From: Geopsychrobacteraceae bacterium
Lineage (GTDB): Bacteria > Desulfobacterota > Desulfuromonadia > Desulfuromonadales > Geopsychrobacteraceae
Direction of reading: 5' to 3'
Assembly: GCA_963662315.1 (NCBI GenBank)
Contig: OY759353.1
Coordinates: 2,656,001 to 2,720,000, forward strand
Length of the DNA: 64,000 bases
This document shows, one piece after another, positions 58,641 through 64,000 of the stretch. The notes below the pieces were generated by a model. The model was not told where the DNA came from and did no database searches. It was given only the letters and a program-made list of their open reading frames with translations. Numbering within the stretch: the stretch's first letter is position 1; each line of letters starts with the position of its first letter. Made by a program: the position numbers and the translations under genes.

Positions 58641-59444
58641 ATGCGTACATATTTTATCCATGCGTTATCGTTATTAACCTTGTCACTAGGAGGCTGCCTC
58701 CAAAGTGTCCCTCCTGACCAATACCTCACCCAACAATTTGTCCAGCAGGCTGAAAATAGTATCCTTCAATTCAATACTGCCAAAGGTAAGCAGACGGCCT
58801 ACTATCTGGCCCCGCTAGTAAATCCCTCATCGCCACCAAAAACACTCGTCATTGCCTACCCGGGCATTAACAGCCTAGCCTTAAGCTGGCTTGATGTCAT
58901 TGATTCTACGGCCTGCCCCAATACCGGGTATCTGCTTATTGAATATCCAGGGCGTGGCCAGTCCGAGGGGTTCATGCGGCCGGAAGAATTATATGTGAAT
59001 AGTGAAAGCGCGTTACAGGAACTGGCCACTCACTTTAACCAGACTCAACTGAGCGGCGACATCCGCTTGTTGAGTCATTCCTTTGGCAGTGGCGCCGCAT
59101 TACAGTTTGCTGCCAGATACCAACAGATTAAAGAAATTGTCCTGGTGGCACCCTACGATGATCTCAAACATGCTGTACAACAGAAATCCTGGCTGCTATC
59201 CGTTATCATGCCCAGTCAGATCGATAACCGGATTCTTATCAGACAGCTATTGGATCAACCGGCTCCCCCCAAAATATCCATCATCCACGGTGGCCGGGAT
59301 CAAAACCTTCCCCTGTCCATGAGTCAGGAGCTCCAGCGGATTGCTCCCAACCAAATTAGACTGATTATTTTTCCCGAAGACGGGCATACGGATATTTTGC
59401 GTTTACGCCGCGACGTTATACTGAGGGAGGTTAACCGAGAATAG
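58641..59444 (+). CDS. Alpha/beta hydrolase lipoprotein
   Basis: Lipobox LGGC, EYPGRGQS, SHSFGSG nucleophile, HGGRD, GHTD. Confidence 0.85.
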   Translation: MRTYFIHALSLLTLSLGGCLQSVPPDQYLTQQFVQQAENSILQFNTAKGKQTAYYLAPLVNPSSPPKTLVIAYPGINSLALSWLDVIDSTACPNTGYLLIEYPGRGQSEGFMRPEELYVNSESALQELATHFNQTQLSGDIRLLSHSFGSGAALQFAARYQQIKEIVLVAPYDDLKHAVQQKSWLLSVIMPSQIDNRILIRQLLDQPAPPKISIIHGGRDQNLPLSMSQELQRIAPNQIRLIIFPEDGHTDILRLRRDVILREVNRE

Positions 59445-59446
59445 AC

Positions 59447-59481
59447 AAAAAAAAGTCCGTGGCCAGGAGGGGACCACGGAC
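59447..59481 (-). terminator. Intrinsic terminator with CCCCTCCT loop
   Basis: GTCCGTGG-TCCCCTCCTGG-CCACGGAC-TTTTTTTT. Confidence 0.85.
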
Positions 59482-59556
59482 AAAAAGTTTTGAGAGGTTT
59501 CTCGAAAGATATCTACTAGGTTATAGCCGTTCCGCCTGCCACAACAAAACGTCTAT
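59447..59556 (-). ncRNA. Candidate ~110-nt small RNA
   Basis: ORF-free segment between a near-consensus promoter and a strong terminator; folds by eye into three hairpins. Confidence 0.55.
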
Positions 59557-59562
59557 GGCTTA

Positions 59563-59591
59563 TTTATAACCAAGAAGGTAATCTTTGTCAA
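59563..59591 (-). promoter_or_regulatory. Sigma70-type promoter
   Basis: TTGACA, 17 nt, TATAAA, with an AT-rich upstream tract. Confidence 0.7.
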
Positions 59592-59684
59592 TAATAATTT
59601 TGAAAATCTTTTTCATTTTATTTCAGAAACGCTCATTCAGCCCTTTTCAACCAGGTCCAAATTATCAGCCTCCAACTAAATCAA

Positions 59685-60434
59685 TCATTTGTTTATGAGA
59701 AGCAGACGTTCAAGTGCCCCCGACTGACGCTCAGACATATTGGTGAAGAGAACCCCGATTCCGGGCAGACCAATACTATTGACATCCCATTTTCTCACCC
59801 AGCGGACCTCACTCCGAACAGATTTCATCTCACCTAAAACCGGCATTGATAAATTGACGATATCGCCCACAGAATAATCGCCGTTGGTAAGAATATAAGC
59901 TCCCCCCATGGAGACATTGAGGGTGACCACCTGTTCATGACTGACATTGATCCTGCTTGCCAGAATTGAAGATTGCATGACCTTGGATAATGTCACGTTC
60001 AGATGAAGTTCATAACGCGGCGGCAGACGAACAGTCTGCGGCTGCCTGAAATTTTGACACGAGGAAACAAATACTTGAAAGGAAAAGGTTTCTGAACACG
60101 CCGGGAGAGAACAACTTAAACTGCCGCTGGATGTTTTTCGAACTAAACACACAGGATAGTTTCGCGCTATCGCATTGATTATATTTTTGTCTTCTGCCTT
60201 CAGAACAGAAAATGTCCCCAGGTCGATGACCATGCCATGATATTCACACTGAACAGTCCCACATAGTTGCTTGAAACTGTGCAATGAACTGACAACATCG
60301 AGCTCGACCTGAGCGTCACCTTTTAATAAGGCCGTTAATTCATCTGTCGCATTGGAAGCTGATAATGTTAAAAGTTTCACTCGACCGACAGTATCGAGCG
60401 GTATCGTCCCTATTTCATTTGAAAAAATCGCCAT
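59685..60434 (-). CDS. PilZ-domain (c-di-GMP receptor) protein
   Basis: RLPPR (RxxxR), NVSMGG (D/NxSxxG), EVRWVR, GIGVLF. Confidence 0.8.
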   Translation of the reverse strand: MAIFSNEIGTIPLDTVGRVKLLTLSASNATDELTALLKGDAQVELDVVSSLHSFKQLCGTVQCEYHGMVIDLGTFSVLKAEDKNIINAIARNYPVCLVRKTSSGSLSCSLPACSETFSFQVFVSSCQNFRQPQTVRLPPRYELHLNVTLSKVMQSSILASRINVSHEQVVTLNVSMGGAYILTNGDYSVGDIVNLSMPVLGEMKSVRSEVRWVRKWDVNSIGLPGIGVLFTNMSERQSGALERLLLINK

Positions 60435-60590
60435 ACCCCATCCCCCCGTTTATGATTCTAAACTTAGGCTAATTGGTGTTGACAAATTTCTCAACCATTT
60501 TCATGCTTTCTATATTGTTTATCTTAAATCTTCACTGTGATGACAGTACGGAAAAGTATTTTTCCTTTCCTGTTCAAAATAAATCGCTGA

Positions 60591-61109
60591 TCAGTCAACA
60601 AGCTTGTCCAGCTCGGCCAAAATCTCTTTCTGCTCACGAATCTGCTCGTGATAATAGTTCCAGACAAAATAACTCTGCAGGCCAAGAATGGTGAGGCCAA
60701 CGACAAAAATTGCCCAGAAATTCTCACGCAGTGAATTGGTGAGATGATAAAAAGCATAAAAACCACCCAGGTAGCCAAAATGAGGCAGTGCGGTCCCCGG
60801 CTTTTTATCTCCAGACATCTGGGTCAGGAGCATTATCAGAGCAGAAAAGGCATAGACCACCAATGCCCAGTTGATCAGGTTTGGCGATGGCCCTGTCCCA
60901 AGCAGCGCGCGCATTTCAGCACTTAAGGATGGCAGGAAATCAAAATTCCGGTAGGCCCCCATACTTATAAGGGTAAACAGAGCAAGTAACCAAAGTCCAG
61001 AACTGGCTCGCAGCTCAAGTTTTTTAATCTTGCTCTGGACCTGCCTGCGCAGCGGATTGATGTCCGGAAAGATCTCTTCTTCCGGCGGCTGCCGTGTTGG
61101 ATCGTTCAT
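60591..61109 (-). CDS. Hypothetical membrane protein
   Basis: 172 aa with about four hydrophobic segments; GAGG RBS. Confidence 0.7.
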   Translation of the reverse strand: MNDPTRQPPEEEIFPDINPLRRQVQSKIKKLELRASSGLWLLALFTLISMGAYRNFDFLPSLSAEMRALLGTGPSPNLINWALVVYAFSALIMLLTQMSGDKKPGTALPHFGYLGGFYAFYHLTNSLRENFWAIFVVGLTILGLQSYFVWNYYHEQIREQKEILAELDKLVD

Positions 61110-61141
61110 CGGCCTCTCTAGCCTGTTTTCAATCTGAAAAG

Positions 61142-61987
61142 TTACGCGTCGCCTTCCGGAGTGTCTGAATTGCGACTAGCTGACGGATTTTGTGCCTGAA
61201 GATCTTGCCAGGCCTGATCTCTTTGCTTGACCAGGGTACGAAAATCTTTATTAAGCTGCCCCAGTTTATGGTCCGCCGGAGGCAATTCGCGTTCACTCAT
61301 GCCAGCTACTGCTTGCTGAAGGTTATAGGCCAGACGCAGAATCGGCTGAAACAGGTTGACACGTAACAGAGCCGCGACGCCCCCCACCGTCAGAAACAAA
61401 ACCATAACACTAAACGCAAACATTCTGCTACGCAGTAATGAGAGAGTGTCTTCCAAGTGAGCACTGGAAATACCGATACTTAAAAACCCCAGGATAGGCT
61501 GATTTTCGGCATGAAAATGACAGGCTGCCGTTGAACACTGGGGTTCATTCAGAATCGGCATATTGACGGCGATAAAGCCATTGTCGTGATCGACATTAAA
61601 GCGGGTCTTCTCCCGCTCAGGCTGCCCCTGCCCCATCAGCGAGCGACTCCATTGATCAACTTGTGGAGCAAAGGACGGTCCGCCTGAAGGCTGTTCAAAA
61701 TCTGCATACTTTGGCTCGCCATCCTGATCATAAATTCTGATTCGCTCAACGCCTTCAAGAGTATCAACGTTGGCAAGAATATTACGCAGTGAATCCCGAT
61801 CATCCTCCATCATCGCGTAATGGGTCGATTTATATACCGTCACAACCAGGTCATCGACATGACGGACAGCTTCGGCGGTCATATCCGATTTAATGAAGGA
61901 ATAAAGCAGCAGACAGCCAAAAACAACGAACCCGGTAACCGCAATGGTTACCGGCACAATTGCCCTGGCAATAAGATTGTCGAACAT
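61142..61987 (-). CDS. Two-TM periplasmic sensor-like protein with CxxxxCH and no output domain
   Basis: TM, periplasmic domain (PILNEPQCSTAACH...ILG), TM, degenerate HAMP-like tail, stop. Confidence 0.7.
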   Translation of the reverse strand: MFDNLIARAIVPVTIAVTGFVVFGCLLLYSFIKSDMTAEAVRHVDDLVVTVYKSTHYAMMEDDRDSLRNILANVDTLEGVERIRIYDQDGEPKYADFEQPSGGPSFAPQVDQWSRSLMGQGQPEREKTRFNVDHDNGFIAVNMPILNEPQCSTAACHFHAENQPILGFLSIGISSAHLEDTLSLLRSRMFAFSVMVLFLTVGGVAALLRVNLFQPILRLAYNLQQAVAGMSERELPPADHKLGQLNKDFRTLVKQRDQAWQDLQAQNPSASRNSDTPEGDA

Positions 61988-62045
61988 ACGCCCTCTCTTA
62001 ATCTGCCTCCGGCGTTCCGTGATCAGAACCCCGGAGGCAAAACAT

Positions 62046-63365
62046 TCAGGCCTGCGCCGAAGCTTCGTCCTGAGGCATCGATTTTACTGCAACCGACTGC
62101 GTAACCTTTACAGTAGCAGCCTGAGGACGCAACTGATAAAGAATTGGCAAGCGGTTAAGAATGAAACGATAAGTCGCAATGTAGATAGCGAAAATCGTGA
62201 CGCTGATAATTACTTCCAAGATATGGGGCACCTCCTGGTAAAGGTTCCAGTTGAAAGTGATTAACGCAGTATTCAGACGGTTAAGCACAATGCCCAAAAC
62301 CGTAATCAAGGCGCCCAAGCGACACAGCCCAACAAGGCGATGATGAATACCAAAAGACAAAATAATTAAGGGCAGAACAACTCCAAAACCAATTTCAAAC
62401 AACCACCAGGCCCCCCAACCGGTTGACAGATACGCCCACTCATTATCATGAGCAACAGCCAGAAACTTAATAAACAGATAAGTGATCAACCCCATAGCCG
62501 CACCTTTGGCCAGGGAGATGGTTATGCGATCAAGGTTCTTGATGAACCTGTCATCACAACGCCAACGCATGGTGTAATAAACAATGGTACTCACGGTAAT
62601 CACCATACATAAACCACCAGGAATCGATGAGGTAAAAAAATGAATCCACTGGAATGATGCTGAATACCACAACGGATGCACTTTTCCCGGCGCGTAAACA
62701 AACAGCGCTCCCAAAGCCCCCTGATGCAGGGTGGACAGGATAATGCCCGCCACTGTCAAACCAACGGTGCCTTTACGGACAAATTCGTAACCGCGTCGAA
62801 AGCCGATCCATTCAAAAAACGCTGTCGATACTTCCGCAACCTGAACCGACAGGTAGGTAGCCACATGCCAGCCGACCAGAAACAGAACTGCAGCCGGTCC
62901 CCAAGAGTATACCATGGGATATGCCAGCCGCCAGGGCTGACCCAGATCTACCAGCAGATAGACAACAGCAAAAAAGTAGCCGAGCAGACCGTTAAGTAGA
63001 GCCAGACGCTCGATTGGTTCAAAATCGTGACGTCCGAATATTTCTACTGTGGTCCCGAGCATAAAACCGGAAGCCGAAAGAGGTACCATGCAAAACAGGC
63101 CAAAACCAAGAAACAGTCCCCATGGGTAATCATAAGAACTGTGTGTCACGGCTCCCAGCCCGAATAGATAACGATAAATAATAACCGGAATACCGATGGC
63201 AAAAACAACGGCCAGCAACCAGTTAAATTTGTTACGAACAAACTGAGCCAGATATTGGTCAAGAGTCAGGCCGAGGAGCAATTTTTCCATCAGAGTCCAT
63301 TGTTTCCCATCCGGCTTTACCTCTGCGTCGTGCGGCTTAATACCGTAATTAGCAAGTCTTTTCAT
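62046..63365 (-). CDS. NrfD/PsrC-family membrane subunit (HmcC/HybB-like)
   Basis: YPWGL, DLGQPWR, STLHQGALG, LNRLN; about 10 TMs. Confidence 0.88.
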   Translation of the reverse strand: MKRLANYGIKPHDAEVKPDGKQWTLMEKLLLGLTLDQYLAQFVRNKFNWLLAVVFAIGIPVIIYRYLFGLGAVTHSSYDYPWGLFLGFGLFCMVPLSASGFMLGTTVEIFGRHDFEPIERLALLNGLLGYFFAVVYLLVDLGQPWRLAYPMVYSWGPAAVLFLVGWHVATYLSVQVAEVSTAFFEWIGFRRGYEFVRKGTVGLTVAGIILSTLHQGALGALFVYAPGKVHPLWYSASFQWIHFFTSSIPGGLCMVITVSTIVYYTMRWRCDDRFIKNLDRITISLAKGAAMGLITYLFIKFLAVAHDNEWAYLSTGWGAWWLFEIGFGVVLPLIILSFGIHHRLVGLCRLGALITVLGIVLNRLNTALITFNWNLYQEVPHILEVIISVTIFAIYIATYRFILNRLPILYQLRPQAATVKVTQSVAVKSMPQDEASAQA

Positions 63366-63371
63366 AGCGCG

Positions 63372-64000
63372 TCAATCCTCCTGCCCGTGGTGATCGTCAT
63401 GGTCTTGGGACTTTTTCCCTTTAGTCGACAGTAGGTGAAAACCGGTAAATAAAGCCGGCCAGATTGACAGGACCATCGGTACGATAGCGAGAAAATCCTT
63501 AACATTATTGATAATAGGTTCTTTCGGCAGGTCACCGTTAAAGCCAACCTCTTCAAAAGGCACGGCAGACAGGTACATCCAGCCGGTACCACCGACTTCT
63601 TTCTCACCATAGACCTTATCCACGTAAGTATCGGGACTCTTGCGGATTCGTTCATGAGCGATCTTGAGCAGATCCTTACGCTTACCAAAAGTCATAACCT
63701 GCTGTGGACAACTTTCCACACATGCTGGCGGACGCCCTTCTTTCAAGCGCGTGTCATAGCAGAAAATACACTTTTTTATGACCGGGTTAAGGGCAGAGCT
63801 GTAAGTATAAGCCGGAATACTAAAGGGGCAGGCGATCATGCAGTTACGACAACCGACACAAACCTTGGAATTGTAAATGACAGCACCTTCCGGTGTTTTG
63901 GTGTAAGCATTGACAAAGCATGAGGTCAGACAAGCCGGCTCATTACAATGGTTACACTGAATCTTGCGATAAACAGGTTCACTGCCTGCCGGATCGTAAC
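63372..64000 (-). CDS. 4Fe-4S ferredoxin subunit (HmcB/HybA-like), 5' end outside the window
   Basis: Frame open to the edge: QCNHCNEPACLTSC, CVGCRNCMIACPF, KCIFC, PACVESCP, C-terminal TM. Confidence 0.9.
   Translation of the reverse strand, partial: YDPAGSEPVYRKIQCNHCNEPACLTSCFVNAYTKTPEGAVIYNSKVCVGCRNCMIACPFSIPAYTYSSALNPVIKKCIFCYDTRLKEGRPPACVESCPQQVMTFGKRKDLLKIAHERIRKSPDTYVDKVYGEKEVGGTGWMYLSAVPFEEVGFNGDLPKEPIINNVKDFLAIVPMVLSIWPALFTGFHLLSTKGKKSQDHDDHHGQED

Noticed and set aside
1..64000. CRISPR arrays, tRNA/rRNA genes, transposases, prophage
   Set aside because: None recognised by eye; a tRNAscan/Infernal/CRISPR search would be needed to exclude them formally.

Overview
Bacterial chromosomal window, about 50-55% GC by eye. 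Gene content (Geobacter-type nuo operon, HmcB/HmcC-like pair, CxxxxCH sensor) suggests a Desulfuromonadia/deltaproteobacterium; this is inference. Almost all genes are on the minus strand. (1) 1-29.7 kb: a ~30-gene type II fatty-acid/polyketide lipid cluster that runs off the left edge. It encodes FabG, four intact ketosynthases, two chain-length-factor-like KS, three ACPs, two hotdog dehydratases, a thioesterase, an MIO ammonia-lyase plus aryl-CoA ligase, a phytoene-desaturase-like oxidoreductase, three tandem cobalamin-dependent radical SAM enzymes, two acyltransferases, GT2-DUF2062, a PagL-like barrel, LolA, MMPL, a BtrH-like protein, an ABC exporter and a methyltransferase missing from the ORF track. 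It resembles aryl-polyene/flexirubin clusters and the anammox/Desulfotalea lipid island. (2) 29.8-54 kb: mostly housekeeping genes: xthA, recQ, a UbiD-family gene, complete nuoA-N with a HydB-like NuoF, hslO, an ABC-2 transporter, a methyltransferase and DUF2721. (3) 54-64 kb: a structured repeat element, DUF945, a two-gene locus (an EpeE/YydG-like radical SAM enzyme plus a 199-aa possible precursor with an NHLP-like N-terminus), a lipoprotein hydrolase, a candidate ~110-nt sRNA with its own promoter and an anti-SD loop, a PilZ protein, a kinase-less heme sensor and an HmcBC/HybAB-like pair. No rRNA, tRNA, CRISPR array or transposase was recognised. All family calls come from motif recognition and recalled sequences, not database searches. 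Several starts were moved from the ORF track to better-supported codons.
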